Under the pieces are notes generated by a model. That model saw only the letters and a program-made list of their open reading frames with translations, searched no databases and was not told where the DNA came from. Both the position numbers and the translations under genes were made by a program. Below are positions 40,228-48,162 of a DNA stretch of 64,000 bases, piece after piece; the stretch's first letter is position 1; each line of letters starts with the position of its first letter. Origin of the DNA: Felixounavirus LF82P9. The stretch is from sequence record OZ035757.1; one strand, 5' to 3'.

Positions 40228-40387
40228 GAGTGATAAGTACACTCAAGAAGATTCAAGATTTACTATCAAAGGTAATACTGGTAGTGATGTGGCAGCAGCC
40301 CTTGAGTTCTATCGTGATGGATTTTACCAGTGCACAATCAAAGCTAATAACCTTATTGATATGATTTTATTAGGGAATAAGCAGTAA
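40121..40387 (+). CDS. candidate o-spanin lipoprotein
   Basis: Signal peptide with lipobox-like IMSGC; starts inside 39880-40227 in another frame; GAGG RBS upstream. Confidence 0.4.
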   Translation: MKKLSQSFIMFVLLIIMSGCSTNKVNSTFKNSQVSESDKYTQEDSRFTIKGNTGSDVAAALEFYRDGFYQCTIKANNLIDMILLGNKQ

Positions 40388-40659
40388 TGACACAAAGTAA
40401 TGATGAAACTTTCTACACAGAAGGTTACTTACTTCTACCGAGACCGAAAGATACTTACATGAGGATTGATTTCTTACCTACGATTATGGATAATGTAATG
40501 TGTCACATCTTTATGCAAGGTATCACAGCACAGCTTAAGCATGTTGGTAAAGAGTGCAAAATAAAGGTTGACACTCATCCAGAAATCAAAGAGAATCACT
40601 ACACATGGTTCTTACCAGACTCTAAAGAAATCTTAGCAGTTCTCAAAACGAGGAAGTAA
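40387..40659 (+). CDS. hypothetical protein
   Basis: ORF track. Confidence 0.45.
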   Translation: MTQSNDETFYTEGYLLLPRPKDTYMRIDFLPTIMDNVMCHIFMQGITAQLKHVGKECKIKVDTHPEIKENHYTWFLPDSKEILAVLKTRK

Positions 40660-40661
40660 CT

Positions 40662-40988
40662 ATGCAGATTAATGGAAGAGACTTTGTAGCCGTTTACTAC
40701 GAGAAAGGTAAAGAAGTTGGCGTAGCGCAAGTATCTTATGGCAATGGTGGGTGGCTATATGGAACAATCGCAGTAGTTGGAACGAGAAGTGATACAAAAA
40801 CTTTTAAAGATTGTGTTGACCTTCTTGAAGAATCCATTCAGAATCATTGGTGTCTGATATGGATGACTGACAACGAAGTGATAGAACGCTTCAAAAAGAT
40901 TGATATCAACATTGATAGTATTGAGCATGTTGATTTATATGAGCTAACTGAGAAGGTAAATTATGAGAGTAATTCTAGCCAGAGATAA
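40662..40988 (+). CDS. hypothetical protein
   Basis: ORF track. Confidence 0.45.
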   Translation: MQINGRDFVAVYYEKGKEVGVAQVSYGNGGWLYGTIAVVGTRSDTKTFKDCVDLLEESIQNHWCLIWMTDNEVIERFKKIDINIDSIEHVDLYELTEKVNYESNSSQR

Positions 40989-41190
40989 AAAGACACGGAA
41001 ACTCGTCCGGTCAGCAGTATTCATTGGAAGAAATGAAGTCATCCCGTTTACAGCAAACGATGTGATAGCCTACAGGAAAAACTTAGTATTTAGTGATTGC
41101 TTGCGTGGCTTCATCTCCCAACCATTGGAAGACTTTAAAAGCCGTTGTGGTAAAGGTATCATCATTCAAGAGGCAATTATCAATGGCTGA
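40963..41190 (+). CDS. hypothetical protein
   Basis: ORF track. Confidence 0.35.
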   Translation: MRVILARDKKTRKLVRSAVFIGRNEVIPFTANDVIAYRKNLVFSDCLRGFISQPLEDFKSRCGKGIIIQEAIING

Positions 41191-41383
41191 CTTCTGCAAA
41201 GACTGTTCTATAGAAATGTTTGGACGTGATACAGGTGACTTAAAAGGTCTTATCACTGAAGATGACTTTAAAGCTGGTTATGCAATGCCAGTAATCTGTG
41301 AAGGTTGTGGATGTATCTGGGTAGACCATGAGGGGCAACGTGTAAAACCTTCAGAAGATAAAGAATCTTGGGAGAGATGTTAA
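41183..41383 (+). CDS. small zinc-ribbon protein
   Basis: ORF 41093-41383 trimmed to internal Met; CKDC ... CEGCGC. Confidence 0.35.
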   Translation: MADFCKDCSIEMFGRDTGDLKGLITEDDFKAGYAMPVICEGCGCIWVDHEGQRVKPSEDKESWERC

Positions 41384-42169
41384 ATGGGTATTGTAAAAAT
41401 AATCAATGGTGATATCTTTGCCGCATTTGATAAAGGTAAGTTTGACATCATCGGTCACGGTTGCAACTGTATGAATTTAATGGGTGCAGGTATCGCTGAC
41501 AAGATTTCTAAACTTTACCCAAAAGCATATGAAACCGATACAGAAGTTTATCTATATGCAGGTGGTATAGGACACAAACCCTGTGAAAATTTACTGGGTA
41601 ATTTCTCTGTAGCGCGTTTAAAACAAGGTCGTATAGCTAACCTTTACACTCAGCTTAAGACTGGTAAAGATGCCCGATACAGTGCTTTAGAGTCATCTTT
41701 GAAACAGCTTAACAGATACTGTGAAGTCAATCAGTTGAAGAAAGTCGGGTTACCTATGATTGGTGCAGGTATCGGTGGGCTAGACCCTCAAGCCGTCACA
41801 GTTATCATTAATCAGGTGATGAAGAGTGTAGATGTTTATCTATATGTCTATGAAGGAGAGATGTACCACAAGTTACGCTCAGGTTGGAAGAACTACTGTG
41901 AACCAGAATACTTTGCAGGTGTAGTTGTGTTCACGGATAATGCAGTTACCCTCTTCAGACGAAGAAAAGGTAAGATACATCAAAGTAACCCTCCGGTTGA
42001 AAAGATGTCTCTAAGTAACGCTCTAGTTACCCACCTGTCGAAGAGCAATCACAGGATTGCAGTAACATTTGGCAGTGATGCAGATACTTACATCTATGCA
42101 AGAACTGATGAGGATATCGAGACAGTTTTCTCTTCGCCAGAAGTTACCTTCTTAGACGCAAAGAGCTAA
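41384..42169 (+). CDS. macro-domain-like protein (ADP-ribose binding/processing)
   Basis: N-terminal IVKIINGDIF...DIIGHGCNCMNLMGAGIA resembles macro-domain glycine-rich motif; C-terminal ~100 aa unassigned. Confidence 0.5.
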   Translation: MGIVKIINGDIFAAFDKGKFDIIGHGCNCMNLMGAGIADKISKLYPKAYETDTEVYLYAGGIGHKPCENLLGNFSVARLKQGRIANLYTQLKTGKDARYSALESSLKQLNRYCEVNQLKKVGLPMIGAGIGGLDPQAVTVIINQVMKSVDVYLYVYEGEMYHKLRSGWKNYCEPEYFAGVVVFTDNAVTLFRRRKGKIHQSNPPVEKMSLSNALVTHLSKSNHRIAVTFGSDADTYIYARTDEDIETVFSSPEVTFLDAKS

Positions 42170-42241
42170 GAAACTTCGTAGGGTATTCACAATAGACTAA
42201 GCCTTTCTTATCTGGTAAATTTTTCAGGTAAGGAGGGCTTT

Positions 42242-42421
42242 TTCATTTCAGAATTGTGCAGGTATATCTCTGTAGAGAAATCTGTAGAGAGAATTTTGAA
42301 CTCCAAAGAGAAAATTCATTTTCAAACTGTGCAGGTAATCTCCAAAGAGCTTTTTCATTTTCAAAACGTGCAGACCCCGCTCAGGTCGGGCAAGAAAAAT
42401 CATTTTAGAATTGTGCAGGTA
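42242..42421. repeat. four direct repeats of ttcatttTcaaaNtgtgcaggta plus tandem atctgtagaga
   Basis: Copies ending near 42265, 42337, 42373, 42421; two copies embedded in ~40-bp tandem unit ctccaaagag-N-ttcattttcaaa-N-gtgcag. Confidence 0.6.
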
Positions 42422-42440
42422 GGTTTTTATAGACAGCCAG

Positions 42441-42476
42441 CCCAACCCCTCTCCCCCTCTTACTCCCCCTCTCCCC
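42441..42476. repeat. C-tract array (G-quadruplex-prone on minus strand)
   Basis: CCC, CCCC, CCCCC, CCCCC, CCCC runs with 2-6 nt spacers in an AT-rich genome. Confidence 0.5.
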
Positions 42477-42597
42477 AAAAGTCAATAGAAAAATTTGTAG
42501 CGGATTGAAAAATAATTCTTGATTTGCGTTCTGTTTTGTGGTAGTCGTGCGCACCCGTTTCATTACAGTTTTGCCAAAAATATTTTTAAAATTTTTA

Positions 42598-42626
42598 TTG
42601 ACTCTTTGAACGTGGTTATCTAATAT
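42598..42626 (+). promoter_or_regulatory. sigma70-like promoter
   Basis: TTGACT, 17-nt spacer, TAATAT; heads the small-ORF array. Confidence 0.55.
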
Positions 42627-42636
42627 TTACATCAAC

Positions 42637-42657
42637 GGGGAGGGAATGACCTTCCCC
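42637..42657 (+). promoter_or_regulatory. conserved intercistronic hairpin, family A (copy 1)
   Basis: ggggagggAATGAccttcccc followed by actaaataaa and RBS context taaactggagattcaaaaATG; copies at 45252, 45849, 46179. Confidence 0.55.
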
Positions 42658-42689
42658 ACTAAATAAAATCCTAAACTGGAGATTCAAAA

Positions 42690-42878
42690 ATGGCATCAAG
42701 AAAAATTAAAGTTGGCGATGAGGTTAACATTAAGCACGAATACTCTTACAAAATGCTAACTATACGCTCTTATAAGGTTTATCAGGTGGAAGCTATCCAC
42801 AAAGATAATACTTTTTCCTTAAAAGGGTATAGCGAACGTTTCCCTGCTGAACTCTTTGAGAAATGGAGCGCGAAATAA
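42690..42878 (+). CDS. small hypothetical protein
   Basis: ORF track; own hairpin-RBS cassette. Confidence 0.45.
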   Translation: MASRKIKVGDEVNIKHEYSYKMLTIRSYKVYQVEAIHKDNTFSLKGYSERFPAELFEKWSAK

Positions 42879-43084
42879 TGCTTTACAGTCGTGAATTGAT
42901 GGTTACAACTAACGTTAACACAAAGGTAAAACGTTTTTACATGCAAATTTGTGGCGTATGGTCCAGAATATCAGAAGCCGACTATTGCAACTATGTAGAA
43001 ACGGCTATTAATTCTAATTGCTACCTTACAAGAAACACTAAGAAATTTACAAGGCAGACAGCGATTTACTACTACGACAAATAA
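42878..43084 (+). CDS. small hypothetical protein
   Basis: Start set at TAATG overlap with upstream stop. Confidence 0.4.
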   Translation: MLYSRELMVTTNVNTKVKRFYMQICGVWSRISEADYCNYVETAINSNCYLTRNTKKFTRQTAIYYYDK

Positions 43085-43096
43085 AGTACTTTACAG

Positions 43097-43125
43097 GGGG
43101 CTTAAAAGCTGATATCTTAAGCCCC
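43097..43125 (+). promoter_or_regulatory. conserved intercistronic hairpin, family B (copy 1)
   Basis: ggggcttaa/ttaagcccc stem then agataaagagctttac; copies at 43569, 43916, 44518 with compensatory changes. Confidence 0.55.
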
Positions 43126-43172
43126 AGATAAAGAGCTTTACTAAATTAACCCTTAAACTAGGAGATTCAAAA

Positions 43173-43556
43173 ATGGCTTATCGTGCACCGAAATTCATCA
43201 ACAAAGACAACTTCCGCAACGCACTGGAGAAGTCACTTGATGAAAAATTTAACGGCAAATTGATTGTTGTTCACGCATTCAATTTTAAGTATGATATTAA
43301 CGGGAATAAAATCAACCATTACACGGCAACCATGTTAGATGGTACACTATCAAGTGAAAAAGCTGTACTGAATGCACTTGCAGGACGTGGTAAAAACCTG
43401 ATAAGATGCGATAAGAGACGTTATCAGGGTGGCGCATATGGTTATGATGATGCTGTTTATCATCTTGAAAATATGGGCTATTCAGTGGAAAAAGCTGGAG
43501 TATCTCAAATAATCGGCAGCGATGGTTATGTAACTATCTTCAAAATTAACAAATAA
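43173..43556 (+). CDS. hypothetical protein
   Basis: ORF track; cassette gene. Confidence 0.5.
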   Translation: MAYRAPKFINKDNFRNALEKSLDEKFNGKLIVVHAFNFKYDINGNKINHYTATMLDGTLSSEKAVLNALAGRGKNLIRCDKRRYQGGAYGYDDAVYHLENMGYSVEKAGVSQIIGSDGYVTIFKINK

Positions 43557-43568
43557 AGTACTTTACAA

Positions 43569-43597
43569 GGGGCTTATAGTTCGATAAAGTAAGCCCC
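43569..43597 (+). promoter_or_regulatory. family B hairpin (copy 2)
   Basis: ggggctta/taagcccc then agataaagagctttac. Confidence 0.5.
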
Positions 43598-43642
43598 AGA
43601 TAAAGAGCTTTACCACTAAATCCTAAATTGGAGAACTTAAAA

Positions 43643-43900
43643 ATGGCTATTATCAAAAACGTTGTAATTACCGCAAAGACTCGTGATGACGCTCGTATCA
43701 TGGCTAAAAAGTTATGCGGGAAAGTGGTTGACAACGGGAAACAGTCTGCCGTAAGATGGGGCGTAAAGGCTGATAAACAGTTAAACCTAAAACGCAGTTC
43801 AAATAACCTTTTTAAAGGTGTAAAAACACTCGGTAAAGTGAATGTTTTCACTAAACAAGGTTACAAAATGCACTTATCATTAACTGGCAATTTAATCTGA
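43643..43900 (+). CDS. small hypothetical protein
   Basis: Start moved to MAIIKNV behind ggag RBS. Confidence 0.45.
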   Translation: MAIIKNVVITAKTRDDARIMAKKLCGKVVDNGKQSAVRWGVKADKQLNLKRSSNNLFKGVKTLGKVNVFTKQGYKMHLSLTGNLI

Positions 43901-43915
43901 TAAAGTACTTTACAA

Positions 43916-43944
43916 GGGGCTTAAAAGTTGATATCTTAAGCCCC
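43916..43944 (+). promoter_or_regulatory. family B hairpin (copy 3)
   Basis: ggggcttaa/ttaagcccc then agataaagagctttac. Confidence 0.5.
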
Positions 43945-43988
43945 AGATAAAGAGCTTTACTACTAAGTCCTAAACTGGAGATTCAAAA

Positions 43989-44501
43989 ATGAAAACTGTA
44001 GACGCTACCTTTGAAGTTGTAAAAGAAAAATTCACTATTATTTATGAAGCTGTCAATTGCTTTGAAGCAAGCCATAATCTTGATAATTGGGAGTTTACAG
44101 ACACCCATCAGGGCGGCGTGACTATTAAAAACCCCAACTGTCAGCGTAATGATTTTAAATATGCAATCCCTTTGCATTACAGCCTTAAACAGCTTTCAAG
44201 TGACTATGCAAAACAAGGCCGGGAAAATCCATCAAAAGAGGCTTACACAAGCTTACAGAAAGAATTAGAAAGAGATTTAGAGGCTTCAGAATACAACCTT
44301 GCCGCGAAAGTTGTCGATGCAAATGGTCAAACAATTTTAGACAGTTTTTATATTGGCTACGCTTTTGATTGGTGCTATAGTGACGGCGATGATTTAGAGG
44401 ATAGACTAAAAGAAGAGGTGAACAATTCAGACGCAGAATCTGAAGTATTAGAACGTTTGGAATCACTAAAAGATTCAGTGATGAATATCTTTAAGAACTA
44501 A
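43989..44501 (+). CDS. hypothetical protein
   Basis: ORF track; cassette gene. Confidence 0.5.
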   Translation: MKTVDATFEVVKEKFTIIYEAVNCFEASHNLDNWEFTDTHQGGVTIKNPNCQRNDFKYAIPLHYSLKQLSSDYAKQGRENPSKEAYTSLQKELERDLEASEYNLAAKVVDANGQTILDSFYIGYAFDWCYSDGDDLEDRLKEEVNNSDAESEVLERLESLKDSVMNIFKN

Positions 44502-44517
44502 ATAGATTTCTTTACAC

Positions 44518-44545
44518 GGGGTTATCAAGCTGGTAGGATAGCCCC
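44518..44545 (+). promoter_or_regulatory. family B hairpin (copy 4)
   Basis: ggggttatc/gatagcccc (compensatory variant) then agataaagag. Confidence 0.5.
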
Positions 44546-44593
44546 AGATAAAGAGATTTATCAAATAAAGCCCTTAAACTAGGAGATTCTAAA

Positions 44594-44890
44594 ATGAAAT
44601 TATCAAATCAAGTGCGTGAAAATCTAAGCAAATTACTCAACAAAATTGATTTCATTGAAACATCAAGGAATAATCATGATGTTATGGAATGGTTACACGG
44701 CAAAATAAAAGGCCGTCGTGTAGTGATTTGCTTATGGAACAGTTGCAGGGAGTATAAAAAACCTGTATTGCAAGTTAATATCTATGATGATACTTTTAAA
44801 AGTCCTGTAAAGTCTAAAAGCGATTTATTAGAATCCTATGAGATAACTGTAAATGGCAAAGTATCACGTAAAGAGGAAACACCATGTTAA
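44594..44890 (+). CDS. hypothetical protein
   Basis: ORF track; cassette gene. Confidence 0.45.
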   Translation: MKLSNQVRENLSKLLNKIDFIETSRNNHDVMEWLHGKIKGRRVVICLWNSCREYKKPVLQVNIYDDTFKSPVKSKSDLLESYEITVNGKVSRKEETPC

Positions 44891-45216
44891 TGACTGGTAT
44901 CACTGCAATCATTGCCATTTTCGCGCTATATAAGGCATATAAAGCCTATAATCTAGCAAATAAGGCAATCACACAGCAGGTTAGTAATAGCCTTGTAGAA
45001 AGCTTTCTAGGGCGCCTCAGTGATGAGCAAATAAAGCGGCTAGAGATGAGCTTCAGATATAAAGCGAAAACCTATCAGATAAGTGACATCTTCAAAGATA
45101 ATTTTCAGTTAGTTGATGATTATAATTCTCTGATAAATGCTTTAAATGTCAGTGACTTAAAAGACTACTACGCTGTAATTGTTCAAGAATTGAGCAAACG
45201 AAAACAAAACTGTTGA
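44884..45216 (+). CDS. hypothetical membrane protein
   Basis: N-terminal hydrophobic segment. Confidence 0.45.
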   Translation: MLMTGITAIIAIFALYKAYKAYNLANKAITQQVSNSLVESFLGRLSDEQIKRLEMSFRYKAKTYQISDIFKDNFQLVDDYNSLINALNVSDLKDYYAVIVQELSKRKQNC

Positions 45217-45251
45217 CACTGGTTTTTAGATAGATTAAATTACACATCAAC

Positions 45252-45272
45252 GGGGAGGGAATGACCTTCCCC
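45252..45272 (+). promoter_or_regulatory. family A hairpin (copy 2)
   Basis: Identical ggggagggaatgaccttcccc 53 nt upstream of ATG. Confidence 0.55.
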
Positions 45273-45304
45273 ACTAAATAAAGTCCTAAACTGGAGATTC
45301 TAAA

Positions 45305-45835
45305 ATGAACAAATTTCAAGCTATCAACTTCATTCGTTCAAATGCTGTAATGTCTAAGCCTGTAAAAGATACATATGAATTTCGTTGTAATGGGGTACAC
45401 TTTGCAACCATCACTAAGTCAGAAAACGGGGCTTATTATGTACATCGTCGTAATGTTGCAACCGTTGTAGTCTCTCACTTTATGCAAGCTGTAGCGGAAT
45501 TATTACCGTTATTCTTAGAGATTTACTTAGATGAGTGTAAAAACGTTCACAACCACGTTAAAAACCTTTTAAACGGTTATAAAATGGCTTATGAACGTTC
45601 TATCAAGTCACTAAACAAGTTTTACAATGCACCTGCAAATACTGTTTCAATGGCTTATGATGTAAACGGTGAGTTAGTTAGTCTCTTTAAAGTGGAAGAA
45701 ATTAAACTGTATAATCTACGTCCTAGTGGTTACTCTAAGACTCTTGGTGAAGGTTTAACGTTCAATATCAAGAACTTAGAAAAAACTTTAAAAGATATTG
45801 AAAAAGATATTGACGAGACAATAAAAAGTCTGTAA
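45305..45835 (+). CDS. hypothetical protein
   Basis: ORF track; cassette gene. Confidence 0.5.
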   Translation: MNKFQAINFIRSNAVMSKPVKDTYEFRCNGVHFATITKSENGAYYVHRRNVATVVVSHFMQAVAELLPLFLEIYLDECKNVHNHVKNLLNGYKMAYERSIKSLNKFYNAPANTVSMAYDVNGELVSLFKVEEIKLYNLRPSGYSKTLGEGLTFNIKNLEKTLKDIEKDIDETIKSL

Positions 45836-45848
45836 ATTGTCAATCAAC

Positions 45849-45869
45849 GGGGAGGGAATGACCTTCCCC
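45849..45869 (+). promoter_or_regulatory. family A hairpin (copy 3)
   Basis: Identical hairpin 53 nt upstream of ATG. Confidence 0.55.
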
Positions 45870-45901
45870 ACTAAATAAAGTCCTAAACTGGAGTTATCAA
45901 G

Positions 45902-46165
45902 ATGGAAAACGTAGAATTAACCACACTTTTACAAATTGCAACTGACAAAGAAGATGTAGCACTGTTTCACCGTATCGAAAGCGATTTATTCAATGGTGAA
46001 ATCATCAAAGAATCTTATGAAGTTGTCGGATTCAAAGATGGTAAAGCGTTTGGCTTTTTTGACCTCGACAAAGGCAACGCTGTCACAAAGTATGATGTCG
46101 TATCTTGTGAGATTCTTACAAAATACAACGAAAAAAGGCTTGCAACATACGCCAATATGCAGTAA
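45902..46165 (+). CDS. small hypothetical protein
   Basis: ORF track; cassette gene. Confidence 0.45.
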   Translation: MENVELTTLLQIATDKEDVALFHRIESDLFNGEIIKESYEVVGFKDGKAFGFFDLDKGNAVTKYDVVSCEILTKYNEKRLATYANMQ

Positions 46166-46178
46166 ATTACTAATCAAC

Positions 46179-46197
46179 GGGAGGCGATAACCTCCCC
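46179..46197 (+). promoter_or_regulatory. family A hairpin (variant copy 4)
   Basis: gggagg-cgataa-cctccc then actaaataaaa. Confidence 0.45.
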
Positions 46198-46231
46198 ACT
46201 AAATAAAACCCTTAAACTAGGAGATTCAAAA

Positions 46232-46480
46232 ATGGCAACTATCCGCGCTACTGTCAATGCCTATGGCTGTTATACTCTGGACGTTAAATTCGATATTGGT
46301 GGAACTGATGAGTGTTTTTCATTAGTGAAGACAGTTATCAAACAAGTTATTCCAGATTATAACCCTACTGATGACTTCTGGAAAGATGCTGTAAAAGAGG
46401 CATTAAACGACGAGCATCACTATCATTACTGGGGTGACTTGATTGTTTCCCTGTACTACAATAAACAAGGTTACAACTAA
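46232..46480 (+). CDS. small hypothetical protein
   Basis: ORF track; last gene of plus-strand block. Confidence 0.45.
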   Translation: MATIRATVNAYGCYTLDVKFDIGGTDECFSLVKTVIKQVIPDYNPTDDFWKDAVKEALNDEHHYHYWGDLIVSLYYNKQGYN

Positions 46481-46490
46481 TCGACGCAAC

Positions 46491-46543
46491 GGGGCTAAAT
46501 AGCCCCAGATACCTCAACAGCCCCTGTTTAAAGGGGCTTTTTT
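46491..46543 (+). terminator. tandem-hairpin rho-independent terminator
   Basis: ggggct-aaat-agcccc, then agcccct/aggggct followed by TTTTTT. Confidence 0.6.
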
Positions 46544-46545
46544 AC

Positions 46546-48162
46546 GTCTATTGAATCCTTATACAATCCCTTTCCAGAATCTTATCAGACCTTAAAAGCA
46601 ATAACTCTATAGTCTACTCTATAACCTCTTATCAAATCAACTTAAATAAAAGCCAATAACCCCCAGAAAGGGGATGGCCCATTTAAACGCTCTATAAAGC
46701 TCTATAACAGCCTTATCAACCTAACTTAAGGGATTGCATTAACCAACCTTAAAAAGCTCTTTACAGGGCTTTATAGAGACTTAAAAGAATCTTATAAGGG
46801 TGTAAGCTTTATTATCTCATTAGTATTCTTGTGAATATCTAAACAACCCCTTGATAGTCACTAAAAAGTATGTTATAGGGGCTTTAAAGTTACTTTGAAG
46901 TAGCTTAAAAGTTACGTAAAAGAGGCTATAAAGTTACGTAAATGCTAGCCCCCTTAACATTTTCTTAACAATTTCTTAACAAACCCTACATAGTTATGCT
47001 TTTAAGGCACTTGTTAGCAACTTGTTAGCCCCTTGTTAAATCTCTGTTACAACCATGTAAAAGCCTTGTAAGAACCTTTGACATAGCCTTAAAAGCTCCT
47101 GTAAAGCCCTATAAAGAGGTATCTGTACAGTTGGGGGATAGATACTAGGAAGAGGCTTAAAAGAGCTTATAAAGAGCTATAGAGAGCTTTTAAGAGGTAT
47201 GTTTAAGGAATCACTAAGAAAGCAAAGGGAACGATAAGAAAAGAGTAGTGACCATGTTAATAGCTTGTTAAAAAGATTAAACACTTGTTAGAAACTTATT
47301 AATTATCTTAACAAAATAACTCTTCAAAATTAACTTGTTAGCTCTTGTTAGTCATCTGTTAAGATTCTGTAAAGCCTATGTATCAACTGTTAAGAAACTG
47401 TTAAGCTCTTGTTAGTTCTGTTAAGAATCTGTTAAGACCTTTGAAGAGTTGTTAAGAAGATGTGAGAACTGTTAAGAGATTGTTAAGGATATTTTAAAAT
47501 TTTGCAAAGTACTTGTAAGGGAGCTGTTAAGGGCTACCAAGCAGATATACATCTTCTACAGATATTTTTCAGTTCCTTCAGAGACCCTAAAAAATAACTT
47601 GATAGTCCTATTTTATAAAAATTTTAAGATTCTGAATAATTACCTATACAGCCTTTTAAAAATACAGGTAATAACAGGCTTATAAGATACCTTGTTAGTA
47701 CCGTGTTAGACCTTGTGAGATAAGGTCTGTAAAGATATTCCTGTTAAGTTTGTTAAAACAGTCTATATAGAGGCTTAGTAATACCTAGTGAACACCTATA
47801 GAGAGTGTCATAGCTAACCTAGAGATTAAGAGGTGTATAGGAGCTTCTAAGAGGATGTAGAGAGATGGTTAAGGTGATTGTATAGGTTGTTAAGAGGGCT
47901 TGTTAGAAGAGTGTTTAGATGGCTATTTAGAAGGGCTATACAGAGGGCTATTAAGACCACTAGATAGTTACTAAGATACTATATAGTACTATATAACTAT
48001 ATAGAGAGTAAGATTAAGAAGGTTGTTAAGAAGGATAGATATTTTATTCACATATGATGGTGACCCAGAGGTTGGGACAACCGATAAAATTTTATAAAAA
48101 ATATAAATTTCGTAAATTTTACTCAATAAAAAGCCCCCAATTAAGGAGGCTCTTAAGATATT
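46546..48162. repeat. ORF-free repeat array (candidate protein-binding array, origin or packaging region)
   Basis: No ORF of 60 aa or more on either strand; many copies of (C)TGTTA(A)G in both orientations, phased at ~10-12 bp around 47385-47530; second family CTATAAAG. Confidence 0.6.

Noticed and set aside
42248-42478. Minus-strand ORF of 76 aa over the direct repeats and C-tract
   Set aside because: Gly/Arg-rich translation of the repeat and G-tract sequence; region interpreted as regulatory.
46546-48162. Possible CRISPR array in the repeat-rich non-coding region
   Set aside because: Repeats are short (about 8 bp), degenerate, in both orientations and irregularly to helically spaced; no 25-40 bp identical direct repeats separated by unique spacers, and no cas genes.
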